DNA of 64,000 bases from Bigelowiella natans CCMP2755 (taxonomy: Eukaryota > Protista > Cercozoa): NCBI GenBank assembly GCA_000320545.1, contig ADNK01002970.1:1-64000 (forward strand), in the 5' to 3' direction. A program made the translations under genes and the position numbers. The notes beneath the pieces are model-generated. The model did not search any database. It was not told the origin of the DNA and saw only the letters and a list, made by a program, of their open reading frames with translations. Shown piece after piece: positions 37,095-51,881 of this stretch; the first letter of the stretch is position 1, and each line of letters opens with the position of its first letter.

Positions 37095-38607
37095 CTATTT
37101 ATCCTCAGAAGCTACAACTTCTCTCAAAAACGACATAAGTGAGTCCTGGTATCTCTGGACTCCGCGTTCCATCAAAAGCTTTATTTGTCCTGTTGCGTTA
37201 TTGAGAAGTGAACTACTCTCTGCAGGGGTCAGTGTGTGGCTTTCAGATGTCTGGACATATTTCACAATGCTCCATTTGAACATCGAAAGAGCCCGCGCGC
37301 CCTTTTCGCCCTCTTCGTGAAATGGAGTGAGTACTTTAGAGTTTGCTTCCCTCCTGTTAACCCAGAATGGTGGCTGGTTGTTGCCTCTATTGAAGCACCG
37401 TTGGCCCACAGCAGTGTACCAATCGCCCATTCCCGGAGTATCTAGTCGTTTCAGCCACTTTGAATTGGGGATGTGGGGTACAACAAGATAAACAACTCTG
37501 TACTTCTCTTTGAGTATGAAATCGGCGACTGCATTCATCTGAGAAACGCCTGGGTATCCCAACCATATGATATCCTTGCCTTTGACCTCGTCGGGGTAAA
37601 ACGGTGTCAAGTTACCGGCTGCCTTGTGATCGAGAAACAGAAAATCGTGATTCATACAGTCTTTCAACCCTTGTGAGCCCCAATAATCTTCAGCTTCACG
37701 TATAAAATCCTCGCAAACATCAAACTGATCTAGCATTCTTTCTTGCTGTTGGAGGTATGTTGTCAATTTAGTCACTATTTCGCTTTTGAGGTGGGATTTC
37801 CAATTCGTCCACCAATTCGAACAGTAGCTTAGCACAATACCTCCAACCCCTCCCTTTCCAAAGTTCTTATCTAACAACTTTCGAACGCGAGTTCTCATCT
37901 TTGATGCCCTACGATGATAGCTTTTCAAAGGCCAACTCTTGAATGTACGGCGCACTTCCTTCTCTAATTTAAAACAACAATCTCTCTTCTCCGTCCTATC
38001 TTTAGGTATAATATTTGGGTTAGAGGTTTTAAGCATGAAATAGATCAAGCCAAGTCCATGCCCGATCATGGACTCCTTCCATTTGCACTCATAAGGTTCT
38101 TCCTCTGCTTGAAAAGATCTAAGATACTTGAGCCATTTCATCACTGTCGTGTATAGATTCACTTTACTTTTGGCAGCCCGCATTCGAAAATATTTTTCTG
38201 CTTGCTCTTGATGCCGCTTGTGAACACTAACAGTAACCCACCATACTAGAAACTTAAACTTTTCGGATGTGCCTCTTGCGGAGAGGAGTGGCTCTTGAAT
38301 TGGAAGTTTTTTATTCCTTGCATGCATACTTAATAATTGTTCGCCAATCTGAAAATTCATCACACATAACAAACAGCAGCAGATTTAGGTTAAGAGCTTC
38401 AATTTCGCTCTTGATATTATAACCACCCTTCCCTTTTCTGGAGCGATTGGTTTGTTTTTTAACATTAGTACCTCATCGTCCAATTGGTGTTTGCAATCCA
38501 GAAACAGGTATTTCAAAACGTCTGAATTTTCAACACATCATAATGAGCACATACATACACATAGACACATAAACACACAACACACAGCCTAAACATATAA
38601 AATAATA

Positions 38608-38647
<40 letters not shown>

Positions 38648-38663
38648 ATATATATGTGTGCGG

Positions 38664-38701
<38 letters not shown>

Positions 38702-39513
38702 TGTCATAAACAGGGACCGTTGTCAATAGTTTCTGTCCTGATCATGTTCCAAAGCAACGAGTCTATGTTGCGTGCAGCAATGGGTTTCGCATTATTTCTT
38801 AGCAAGAAATTAACCATCGGCATATTGCCTCTTGCACAAGCGATGTAGAGGGGTGATGAAATCTGACTGGCGTGTATATCCGCTGAAGGCCCGTTTGGAT
38901 CTGCTTTTGCTTCTAATAAATATTGGGCAATCTGAAGGTCCTTCCTTTTGTTTTTTTGGGCAGAGCGATGACATAGAATACCGAGAGAAGAAAGGGGGGA
39001 AGCTTTTGCTTCAATGAGAAACCTCACGGTTCTGTATTTACGATTTTCAATAGCATACATCAATGCGGTCTTTCCGTTGTATGCCTCTTCTATGTTTGCC
39101 CCGAACTTCAGCATGATTTTTGCTGCATTTATCCGGCCATTGTAGCAAGCAACCAGGAAGTTTGGTTCCCCATTGGGGCTGTGAAGGGCATCGCCTTTAA
39201 GCTCTATGATTCGCTTGATAAGTTCTCGCATCGTTTTACAAGGATTTTCCGAACTCGGGAACTCGGAGCGAAGCCCATGCATGCATACATTGTACAACTG
39301 AGACGATGGCTCGTAACTACAACTATTTTCGCGGTCCAATTCAGCAATTTCTTCACTCCAATGTTGGGTTTGTCTCGTCCGCTTTCTTTTCCGTTCTCCT
39401 GATTGCGTTCTCCGATTCGAATCCTGCCCAAAGTTTCTCAGTCGTCTTCGTTTCTGCATCTTGTAGCTGTCGCGCCCCTTCTTCCTACTTCTGACACGGG
39501 GAGGGTGCACCAA
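37095..39513 (-). CDS. Ankyrin-repeat protein; probably one 3-exon gene joining ORFs 38704-39513 and 37095-38372, with a C-terminal degenerate adenine-methyltransferase-like segment
   Basis: Ankyrin repeats: GKTALMYAIENRKYRTVRFLIEAKA and SSPLYIACARGNMPMVNFLLRNNA. A bridging exon at ~38430-38521 (DVLKYLFLDCKHQ...EKGR) is phase-compatible on both sides. Confidence 0.75.
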
Positions 39514-40689
39514 TCAAGCAACTTGTGCAATGATTTAACTCCTTGTTGCGGGAGGCTGTCTCTCTTTTCCGACCGTCATTAACGGACGAATAACGGGCAT
39601 TACCGGTTATTCTCCCGACCTTTTCGCATACCAACGGTTACTGACCGCCGATGTCCTTCTTACGTGGCTCGGTAATGGATTCAAGTACAAGGACGCGTGC
39701 CCATTCTAAAGTCATTCAATGCGCATAAAATGCCCTGCATTTCGTTAAAAAACGTGAAAAAAAGTGTATGGAAGGTCTGAGAAGTACCTTCACAGCGGTA
39801 GGAAGGAGGAGTCGTACATAAAGCTGGTAAGCTGGTGCGAGTAAGCCACTGCTTGCTGGTAGTGGCGCCCCTCATCTCAAGGGATAGATTGCCCACTAGC
39901 AGGAGGCGGAGAATTCGATTTAAAGTAACAAGGTTCTCTCCATTTAATCTGTTGTGCCGCGGAGCGATCTGTCTAGGTTTGAAAATAGCGTCGCTCTTTT
40001 TCTCGTGAGTTCGGAGGACGATGCTTTTCTCCCGATGCAAAATGACGCATCTTTCCAATTCCCCACGTTTTACGTTTCTTCTTAGCATTGCACGAAACAT
40101 ATTAAATACTTGTTAGATTGGAGATTGACGGCGAAGTAACATGAGTTGGCTGGGGTCCATGTTCGGACGAGGTACTTCTTCTGCGTTCTTCTGACTTGAT
40201 GTTAGTCTTATGTCTCACAAATACCCAATTTCCTACTCTGGACTTACCATAAGGTGGGGAAAGCATTCCCCAATGGAATGGAGATAGATCCCTCGATGGG
40301 CACAAGGTAGCAATCTTCCAGCATGACTAATAATACAAGGATATTGACTAGTCGGCAGTACTGTCTCGATTTGTGTTAGGGGGGTTATCATCATACCTGT
40401 AATAACAATAAGTAGATATTGTTGGAATATGTTAGTAATGTAGACTAATTGGCATCATCATCATCATCATCATCATCATCATTTTGTGTGTTGCTTTAAT
40501 CCAGAGACACACGAAAGCACTGCTGACAAATGTAAAGATAATCCGTGAGCGTTTTGCAAACTATGCGTATCAGGTTGTGGCCACCTAAATACATTCTTCT
40601 CCCACAAGAAATAATAGAAATTTACGATCGATCAGTGTTTTAAGTAAATTCACGTATATCCCTCGATGATTGTAACTCCTAAGGTCGTC

Positions 40690-41336
40690 ATGATGACGGA
40701 AGCTGCAGAGCAACTTTCTGACTGTTTGTCGCAGTTTTACAGGTAATTGCTCTTATTATTTTTCCAATCGGAAAAGCTTGCTCATTGTTAATATAGACTG
40801 TGTTAAATTTAGCATCAAATATCACATAACACACACATCTAGTTATACATAGAAATTGTATAGAATATAGAAATTATTCTTAAATTTGTTCTGTATTTGT
40901 ATTATGGTACGACTTAATCAGCGGTTCAAGGGATAGGGCAGCAAAGCGAAGAGTAGAGGTTAACGTTACTTCATAGTATTTAATCTGTAACCGGTTTTTG
41001 TTTAGCCTGTTATCGCTACTACATCTTCTTCCTCTGCTACTATTTGACCACTATCCCAACATATCCATGCATATATCTTCCATGCGTATTCATACATATA
41101 ATAACAGGCCTTTGAAGATGCCAACCGAGGCATGCTTGATCACGCCTCGGCCCATTTTGACGCCAAGTCATTTGAAGATAAGATACTAAACGAATTCGAC
41201 GACTTCATTGCGGATATTGAAAGGGTAGTAGCAGTAGTAATAGTAGTAGTAATAGTAGTAGTAGCAGCAGTGGGGGAATTTTGATGTTATAGTAGGAGCT
41301 TATGTCGGTGAGGACTGCATCATACATTGTGTTACC

Positions 41337-41372
<36 letters not shown>

Positions 41373-41943
41373 AAATCAAATGGAAGGGTACAGTTAAGAT
41401 ATAAAAATATCATTCATCTATCTTACGAGCGACGTCTATGCTGCCTTCCCTCTTGACTTTAGTCGTATTTCCTCATACTTATATTACCTTTTGTCTAAAA
41501 TCATCTTACATCTTTCTCCTCTCCCCCCCTCTCCTCGTCCCTCTATCCTGCCACCTCAAGGTTGAAAGGGAGATCCAGCATACTGAAATGGTTGGTGTTG
41601 TATATGTATATATATTTTATACCTGTATGAGTAAGCTTTTGTACTTTTCATTCTAGAGATCCCATGCCATGGCTTTTCTTCCTTGTTGTGAATAGTTAAT
41701 AGTAATGATACCGTCTGACAACGACAACGATGAAAATGAAAATGGCACAGATAATCCTGATAATACTCACTTTAAACAATGATAACTTGTAGGCGCATCT
41801 CGCCGTGAATGAAGTCAAATCTAGGGTATTATCACTTCTGCACAACCGAGAACTCACGTCCATTCTCTTTAACTACTATGTGTTTTATTCGATAGTATTA
41901 ATAGCAGTGTTGGCATCATTATTATCTCACCATCAACGCACAT

Positions 41944-41979
<36 letters not shown>

Positions 41980-42584
41980 TTATGATGGTCCATGGCCGAA
42001 GGTTGATCAGCTTCTTGAGCGAAAACTAGAAGAAGAGGAGGGTACTAGTACATGTCCATCTTTCGCGTGTTGTGCAGTTGTGATGATGATGATGATGATG
42101 ATGATGCAGCAAACAGGGTTCCTCTTATTCTTATTCTTCTTATTATTCACCTTGTTGATGTCGTCTTTGTTGTCATGGGTATGGATTTTATCTGCTCTAA
42201 AAACTCCTGATTACTTATCCATTTCTTCATCACCATCATTGACTATCATTGATTAGCATTTAACGAGGGTAAAGATCTAGAAGCTTCAGTGAAGAACATG
42301 GCCAAACGGTAGTAGTGAGTAAGTAGTATTTGTTGTTAGCAGTGGTTACTTACCATTTAGAAGAGTAGAAAGATGTTAGTTATTGTGAAGCTGCTTCTTA
42401 TGGTCCAATTCCAACGAATAATATACCCTCCTCGTCCCCCCCCCCCCCCCCCCTTCCTCCTCCTCCTCAAACGGTGCAAAGGTCTTCGTTCTACGATCAA
42501 ATAAAGAGAGGGGTAGATACAACAGTCAAGTATCAACTAGCTAACCGGTACTACTCTCAAAATTAGTGGAACAAAATTGTAAGA

Positions 42585-42615
<31 letters not shown>

Positions 42616-43697
42616 GAGAGAGAGTAATTAAGATAGTGTTGGTGATGACGCGACGAAGAGGAAGAAGAAGAAGATGATGATGATGATGACGGCACCCATC
42701 CATCAGAGAACAGTCAATTAACAAAACAAGAGTGTTAATTATTGCTTTTCCTTAGATTTTCTTGTTGTTCTTCTTCTTCGATATCGTTGATAGCTTTAGA
42801 CGTATGGACGACTCTCTAGTGAAGCTAATGGAGTTACAGTTCATCTTCTTCTCGGTGCTACTGCTGTGTGCTCATCAGCATTTCTTATTATCATCATCGT
42901 TTTAGATAGATTGTATCTCCCTCAATATTCTAGACACCACATGATACACCCGAAAGTTTCACTTTCAATGCTCGTAACCTCATCATTGAATACTATTACA
43001 CCACACATTTCACATTTCACATGTAACAATAATATATATATTAATATGATGGTTTACTATCTAATCAGTCGGGAGCTGGGACTTTCAGCGAGTTTCGCAA
43101 TGAGATACCGATGTATTGTCTTCCAATGCATACATGCTACTACGACTACCCCTACTCGTCATCATCAGCGTCATTAGTGATGAATATTGACCAACATCTT
43201 GATGATGAAAAGATCACAATGATATAATATGTGTACTAGGTATCACAAGCAGCAAGAACAACGATTAGCAGATATAAAGTCAAGAGGAGGAGGAGGAGGA
43301 GGCGCATATGGGTGGTTCTTATTATTATCATCAGTAGTACTAGAAGAAGGAGAAGAAGAAGAAGAAGAAAAAGTAGAGCAACAACAGCGACAACTACTAA
43401 TAAAACAATAGCACGTCTCTCTTCTAATGCCTTATGCTACACTCACAGAACAACTACTTCTAACAGCAATAATGATAAGAATAGTAATAACAATACAACT
43501 ACCACTTCTATTAGCAGCACATCTAGACATTCAATATATACTACCACCATCATCATCATCGATATTGCTTGCATTGTATCACAGGTATGAGGATGCAAAC
43601 ATCGATTTCACCGAGCTTATCAAGCAAACTCCGGTAGAAAGAAGAAGACGAAGAAGAAGAACATAGCAACCAGCAGAAGCGTATTATATATATATTG

Positions 43698-43741
<44 letters not shown>

Positions 43742-43838
43742 ATGAAGAGGGAAAGATTACCACAACACTGATATACTAGAATAATGGCAAACGTTGTCCG
43801 TGGTTACTTTATTTCTTCCTCTGACTTGTTTCTCGATG

Positions 43839-43870
<32 letters not shown>

Positions 43871-44369
43871 GGTGGTGTTCTTCTAGGTTACTATCATGCC
43901 ATTTACAAGAGTACAAAACGATCAATTTGGCTTATACTCTCTAGATGAATCATACTTCACTCCCACAAAGTACCAGTCGTTGTAATAGTTGCAGTAGTTG
44001 TAGTAGTAGTAAGTAGTAGTGTCGTAATCATTATTTTTAACGACAACTACTCTTTTTAATAAGCAATCGGTGACGTTGCTGTTATTGTTATTGCTGTGTG
44101 ATGAAATATAAGATTATTCGTTTGTGGTTATTCATTGAGATAATGTAGCATAATGTAGCATACATTAATGTAACATTGCATCCTAATCGTTTGTCTTCCT
44201 TCATAGGCCATCATCATCATCACAAGGAGGAGGAGGAAGAGGCAGTGGTGAATATTACACACCTTCAAGTACAGGAGGGGGGGGGAGCATTTCTTCATCA
44301 CGTTCACAAACACCAATAAAGAATGCTGCCGCTATGCGCCAGGTAGCAGTACTACCAATATTGTTCAAA

Positions 44370-44409
<40 letters not shown>

Positions 44410-45191
44410 TGTATTACCTTCCAACCTTCACTACTCTTCTTCTTCGGCGCGCTAATCGTATTCCCACAAATGATGATCAACGCATCACTGAACTATGAAC
44501 ATGTTATTGAATCTTAGAGCAATGGCGGCTATCATCGTCCTCCTCCTCCTCCTCTTGCATCCGTAGCAGCAGGAGTAGCAAAAGTGTATAAGGTGCAAGT
44601 ATGGACACGTCCTTTTGGCCTGACTGTCAATAGAAGAGGAGAAGTTACTCGTGTTGAAACACACGCAGAAATGGTTGGGATAGTGAAAGGAGATAAGGTG
44701 ATAATGACAGCGATGATAACGATGATGGTGATGATGACTTATATTTAGCTCATTTGCTTAACAACACACGTCGCATGATAACAATCACAAAGGTTATTGC
44801 CCTCAACGATCATTTCATAAATCCGAAGAAGTTTGGGGATATTGCGAGAGGGTCCAAGGTTCTCACACGCTATGTACTAAAAGAGATGTCAATGACTCAT
44901 TTTACCATTCATTAATACGAGCGATCCAGCACTAAGAGCGATTATTGCATATTATTGATTGTTGCGGAAGGGTAGCAAACTGCAATTCTGTTTATATTTA
45001 CTTACTATAACAATACATAGAGCTTGTCGTTAAGTGCTATAATTGATTTCTGTTGTTGTTGTTATTGTTCTTTATCGATATAATACTTGCAGCTTCCTTA
45101 CGAACTTACGTTGAGAAGAGAGACTGAATTTGGTAGCACTTACAGTTGTTGTTGCTGTTGTTATAGCTGTGGTATTTAGTAGTAGTAGTAT

Positions 45192-45226
<35 letters not shown>

Positions 45227-47133
45227 ATGGTAGTGGTGGTATGCATATAATATTCAGTAGTTTCTGTCATTATTTATATGTTGTTGGTTTAATAGTCCTC
45301 GTTTGCTACCTTGTCTTCTCTCATTACACAATGTTGTAGAGGACGCTAAAACGCCTCCCCATGGGACCAGCAGCAGCCGGAGATCATCAGTGCAGGTATT
45401 TATCCATATCTGCACATGATATTATATCTACTGTATATAATAATATAATTATCTATTTGATCGATCAGTCTTTCACCCTTCCCTTCCTCTCTCACACTTG
45501 CACCCATTTTCATATGGGGCCTTCGTTTGTGAATACGTCAATTTTGTTTTGGATTATTTTTATCACTATCATCATCATACTTTACTCGCGCTGCTGCGGT
45601 TTGGTTTTTATGATATTTTATTAACTGTATTGGCTATGCTCGATCTCCAATTTTTGCTTATTATCGTCACCCTCTTTGTGCTTTCTACAATCCCTTACAC
45701 CACACATACACGCATACACATTATTATTGTTAATAATAATAATATTAATAATATATCACTGACATGCCGCATACACAACGACAACAATAATACTACTAAT
45801 AATAACTAACACAGCTACCATTATCCTCTATCATTTTCAATAATACTCGACAAAGACGTTCAAACTCGCTTTCCTATAGTGTATTTGTAGTAGTAGTAGT
45901 AGTAGTAGTAGTTGTTGTTGTTGTAGTTGTAGTAAGATGATTCATTATCATAATCACGATGATGATGATAGTAATGAAATACTGTTGCGCTGCAAATAAT
46001 ATTCTTTTTCCGTTTTCTATCGATGATATGGTAATCATTGCCATTATCATTGTGTTGGTGACTTCCTACCAATATTGATAGCAAGAACGATGATGCATTG
46101 ATGAAATGGGTGCACAAAATGATGATGATGTTCTTCAGGCTGCAAGGGGGTCACCGCATCGTCCTAGAGACATTGTTAGCAGCAGCAGCAGCCAGGGAGC
46201 AAGAACGGTGCGTGCATGTATCTAAATTGATGACTATATACCCTTATTAGCTTATGTTGTGCTACTAGAAGCCCCAACGACGAATAACGAATAACGAAGA
46301 TGTATTATTGTTATTATTATTATTATTATCATTACCTGTTCTTATAGTTATTATTGTTATTTGTTGTTGCTGATGTTCTCTGTATGCAGAGCCGTGGTGT
46401 TAGGCGTGCACGCACTCCTGGAAGTGGTAGTATTAGTCGTTTAAGCAGCAGTAGAGACTCAAGTCGTGATAGCTTGAGAGAGGTACTAGCCCGCCCGCCC
46501 CCCGTTATTATTATTGATTCATGTTTCACACCTGTTTGCTCTCATACAATAGAATTATTAAGATTATTTCATACAACACACAGTGGGTGCTCACTCGCTG
46601 TGCTTTGGATCATCATAATAACTACTAATATACCATTCTTCTCACATACTACTACAAACTCCGACTACTGGTTTTTGCTAGTATCTTATTACTGCTCGTC
46701 TTCGCTCTCACCCCCACTTCCTCTTTTCTCACTGCCCTTATTCGCTCTCACCCCCACTTCCTCTTTTCTCACTGCCCTTAGCTAGTGAAGATACCTGAAG
46801 GCAACAACGATTATGCTACACAGCTTGAACAAGTACATAGACACTCAGTAGTACTAGATATGCTGACACTACACAGCTTGAACAAGTACATAGACACTCA
46901 GTAGTACTAGATATGCTGACACTACACAGCTTGAACAAGTACATAGACACTCAGTAGTACTAGATATGCTGACACTACACAGCTTGAACAAGTACATAGA
47001 CACTCAGTAGTACTAGATATGCTGACACTACACAGCTTGAACAAGTACATAGACACTCAGTAGTACTAGATATGCTGACACTACTTCTAGTAATACCACT
47101 GCTAGTAGTAGTAGTAGTAGTAGTAGTAGTAGG

Positions 47134-47172
<39 letters not shown>

Positions 47173-47224
47173 CATAGTGGGTTTCGTCGTCATCGACTGA
47201 TTAACAAGACAACAACAACGACAC

Positions 47225-47258
<34 letters not shown>

Positions 47259-48712
47259 TTATAGTAATAATAATAAATAACAATGATAAAGATCGAGGAG
47301 AGTGTGAGAGGAGAGAGCTTGCAAATCTTGATAGTGTTCTTATCAATAACATCTAAGTAACAGCGATGATTTGCTTTACCATTCTACTACTACTACCGCA
47401 ACCAATCACAGGCAAATTTGGATGCATGCCGCATACTGAGGGAAAAAGAGGATGAAATTGTTGAATTGAAGAAAAAACTAGGTGATACGACGCATATTAC
47501 TAGCCAGCAGTAAAGTGTATTGTAGAAGTTGTAGTAAAAATAGTTGTTAGAAGGTAATGTATTTAAGACCATCATCATTATCATCATCGTCGTCACCAAT
47601 CTTCGCATTAGATGGTGAGTACACCGTTGTTCTCTCATCATCAATTATGATATTACTCTCTAGCCACTACCTCGAGTAGTAATGCATCAACTCCCAGGAC
47701 AGATCGTTCCGTTAAATCGTCAGGAAAACAGAATGAAAAGATGATTGCACAGCATGATGATCATCAAAGTAGCAAGCACAACGCAGCTCATCGTTCATCA
47801 CCTCCAACTCCAAGCATGTCACCATCATCATCATCCTCACAAAGATCAGTACAATCTGGAAGAAGAGGAAATGTTCAAGGAGAGGAGGAGGAGAAGAAGG
47901 GGAAAGAGAGCCACCATTCTACTACTACAACTGATGGTGGTGGTGCTGCTGCTGCCGTTCAAAAGGTAGTAGTAGTAGTAGTAGTAGTAGTTGTTGTAGT
48001 AGTAGTCGTACCATAACGCATGCTTAGTGACGATTCACCAACTAAATACTACTACTACCACTACTACTACTCTTCTGTCGTTATTGACGTATCCATTAGA
48101 ATGGTACTGCTAGTGCTGGTGGTAGCGGTACCAACAGCTGTGTTGTTCCACCCCCCCCTCCTGGATTAGTCCCCCCCCTTATGATCAATGGTGGTGATGA
48201 TGCTGCTGGAAGTATTCCACCACCCCCTCCCGGAATGATGCCTCCCCCTCCTGGCCTTGAAGGAGGAGGAATACCACCTCCACCACCAGGGGGGCTGCTA
48301 TCGTCCCCGGTAAGAAGAAGAATGACTGCAGAAGAGGTGCTAATAAATATGAGAAGAACAAGATCAACATCAACGTATTCTTACTCATCATTTTTATATT
48401 CAATGGTGTTATCCTTTCTCTGCTCTTCCTTATTTTTCTTCTTCTTCATCTTCTTTTTATTTATCTCTTTCTCCCGACCACTAATCATAGAGGCGTGTTC
48501 AATTGGCTGCAAAGATAGCGGAAGAGCTGGATCTTCAACCATTGCAGGTAGTTGTAGTAGTAGAGTAGATTGTAGTAGTTGTGGTTTTGAAAAAATGGCG
48601 TGTTCTCTACTATCTTGTCATTATAATACTTCCTATATCATTTTCCCTAAGATCTTGTCCGTGATTTTAAATTGTTGTATGTGTTACTGGTATTGGTTGT
48701 TACTATTATATT

Positions 48713-48743
<31 letters not shown>

Positions 48744-49036
48744 CTGTTGTTCTTATTTTCATGATGACTTCTTCTTGTGGGATTTAGTGTCAAACCGTAT
48801 ATTGTATCTCAGACAGCAAATGATGACAGTATTAAACACCTCAATGATCGATCTCTGATGTTGTTTCGTATCATCGTATGTTGTTAATACTTTCCCTTCT
48901 TCTTCTTCTTCTTCTTCTTCTTCTTCTTCTTTGTTATCTTTACACAATCATGATCGTCATCATCATCAATAGCCCATAGCCCCAGAGTCAAAGATGAGAA
49001 GGTTTCACTGGGATACTACACCGTTAGATGTGAAGG

Positions 49037-49067
<31 letters not shown>

Positions 49068-50091
49068 AATGATGTGTGTTTGTATGTAAGTTGGTTGTTT
49101 TTGGTTAGGAAATAAAGGATACTGTATGGCATGATATTGGACAAATGGGGACATTGGAGAAAGAGGTCATCATCAATCATCACAATCGTCATCATCATCA
49201 TCATCATTAAGTATTGTTGTTGTTGTTGTTGGCAAGATAAATTTTTACCATGGTAGTAGTGGTAGTAGTGGTAGTAGTATGTGCAAATCTACGACTCTCT
49301 ATTTATGTTTTTATGAGTTCGCACGTAAGTGTTGTGTGTGTGTGTGTGTGTGTGTGTGCTTTGAATTGCTGTAAGGTTTGCTTCGATAAGAAGCAATTTG
49401 AGAGCTTATTTCATCAACGGGTAAATTAGTTAGTCAGCAGCATACTAAAGCAGTTGTAATAGTAGTAGTAGCAGTAGTAGAGACTTTTCCTCCTCCTCCT
49501 CCTTCTCCTCCTCCTCCTCCTCCTGTATTTGTTGTTGTTTTTATTTCCTTACTGTTCCTTTGTTTTGGATGGCTGTTGTTGTTGTTGTTGTTGTTTTTCC
49601 AACTACTTCTCCACGGTGTAACATCATATCTTCTTCTTCACACTACTCCTGCAAACACATAGATCAAGTCTTCTCGGAAGGGAAAATCAAGTGCTAACCA
49701 CCACCAACCCAACCCAACCACCATACTAATACTTATATCGATTATTATCGATGCCTATTATGCATCCATGGATTAGATATGATGGCGTTTTGCTGATCTA
49801 TGATGAATCCCTACCTTGACATATTGCACACACTCGTCGTTGTTGTATGATATTCCATAGAACGTTTGTTTACGATTTTGAGTAGTGTGATGATCGTTTG
49901 AATAACACAGCAATACTACCACTACTACACTATTAACAGAGAATGACGATGATGGTGCGGAAGGCACAGCGGGCCAGAAAAGAAAGGGGGGGCAAAAGAA
50001 CAAATTTCATAAGAAAGTTACTGTGGAGCTCATTGAATCTCGTAGATCTTACAATGTGGATATCACGTTATCACGGTCAGTAGTCATCATT

Positions 50092-50123
<32 letters not shown>

Positions 50124-51030
50124 TATGAATCATCACAAGTGCTTTGTCTAGGAATTGATGATGCATGTTTACAGCAGCAGCAATAAGTAATGCTCATATG
50201 ATATATGAATAAGGTTCAAAATGAGCTATGGAGACATGGTGAAAGCAGTGCTTGAGTTGGACGAAAGCAAGATAGGGTTGGAGGTGCGGATCATCATTTA
50301 TTATGTGGATATTGATGATATTGATGATGATGATGATGGTGATGGTGATAATATGGACTTGGGGGTGTAAAGCAGTTAGTTACGAATTATAATAATGTTC
50401 TTCTTAAATAGAGGTAGGGGAGCTACTGCTTATATCTACGATGATTCCTCTTTTCTCTTTTCTCTCTCCCTTATACACAAAACGAATGATGTATTAATTA
50501 TTATCATTCATATTTCAATAGGGAGTGCTTAAGCTGATGTCTGTCTTTCCTTCAAAGGTGAGTAGTAATCTGTCAAATATGAAATATACCATCGAGAGGG
50601 GAGGGGGGAAAGGGGGAAAGGGGGAAAGGGGGAAAGGGGAGATTTATATCATTCATTCATCATATGTGGGATACCTAATTAGAATTAATGGCTGCTGTGA
50701 CGAATAGAAAGAAGAAGAAAAACACAAATAAACTTGATCTACTCACTACTACTCAATCATGATGCTCGCCTCCTTCTTCTTCTTGTTATTTTTCCAAATA
50801 ACCGATTGATAGGAAGAAATGAAGACAGTGTCACAATATGCAGGAGATCCATCGATATTAGGTAGATCATGCTCAATGTAGTATAAGCAGCACACATAAT
50901 CATAACATAATAATAGGCGATTTTCACCACCAAATAAGAAGCTTCCAACCCTACCTTCCTCAATACTATTGTTATTATACCAATTCTTTTATCTTAAACA
51001 ATATTAATTTTTCTTCTTGCAGCTGCCATC

Positions 51031-51066
<36 letters not shown>

Positions 51067-51547
51067 GATTATCATGTTGATACTACTAGGCAAAGTGGAA
51101 CAGTTTTTCCTTACAATGACCTCTATACCTGGGTCCTGCTACTTACTACTGATATGCATACGAATTGAAGAACAAAATGATCAAGATAAAGAAGAAGAGA
51201 GGAAGAAGAAGAAGAAGAAGAAGAAGAATAACCTAGTTTTCAATACCGCAATAAGTGTCATCAACCCCCTCTGCTGCATCATCAAAATAAAAGTAGTCCT
51301 GTGAAATCATCATTAAGTAACAGCATAATCAAACTTAGCGATGATGTTAGTACGGTGATTGTCATCATCTGTATCTACCCCCGTGCATGCATAATTACCT
51401 AAACTTATTCTACTCCTACTATCATAGCCTACACCTGCGACTTCGCAACTTCCGATTCTTGCTGGAATTCTCCCAAACAGCTCCAAAAGTTGAAGAAATG
51501 CTTAAAGGGGTGTGTGTGTGTGTGTGTGTGTGTGGGTGTATGTGTGT

Positions 51548-51588
<41 letters not shown>

Positions 51589-51847
51589 TGTAACAATGTA
51601 CCCATAGATAAACATGTGTAATGATATACCGTAATAACGATAATAGCAATAGGAGGAAGAGACACATGCTGGTTAATATGTAGTATGGTACAAAGAACCA
51701 TCGTACGCACATGAATAGTACGGATATATTAATATGTGTGTGTGTGTGTGTGTGTGTAATATATGTTGGGTGCTGCATTTTGATCTAATTAGGTGATAGA
51801 ATCGTGCAAGACCTTAACAACAGACGAAAACTTAATGGTACTGGTAC

Positions 51848-51881
<34 letters not shown>

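Noticed and set aside
39681-40325. Possible small spliced minus-strand gene (ORFs 39681-40100, 40102-40305)
   Set aside because: I could not build a consistent spliced frame or recognise a domain; left uncalled.
35400-40350. Whole block as an intact transposon (DIRS, Helitron or Polinton)
   Set aside because: No reverse transcriptase, recombinase, Rep/helicase, terminal repeats or target-site duplication visible.
46816-47084. CRISPR-like regular array
   Set aside because: Units are identical and directly adjacent with no unique spacers, there are no cas genes, and the context is a eukaryotic intron.
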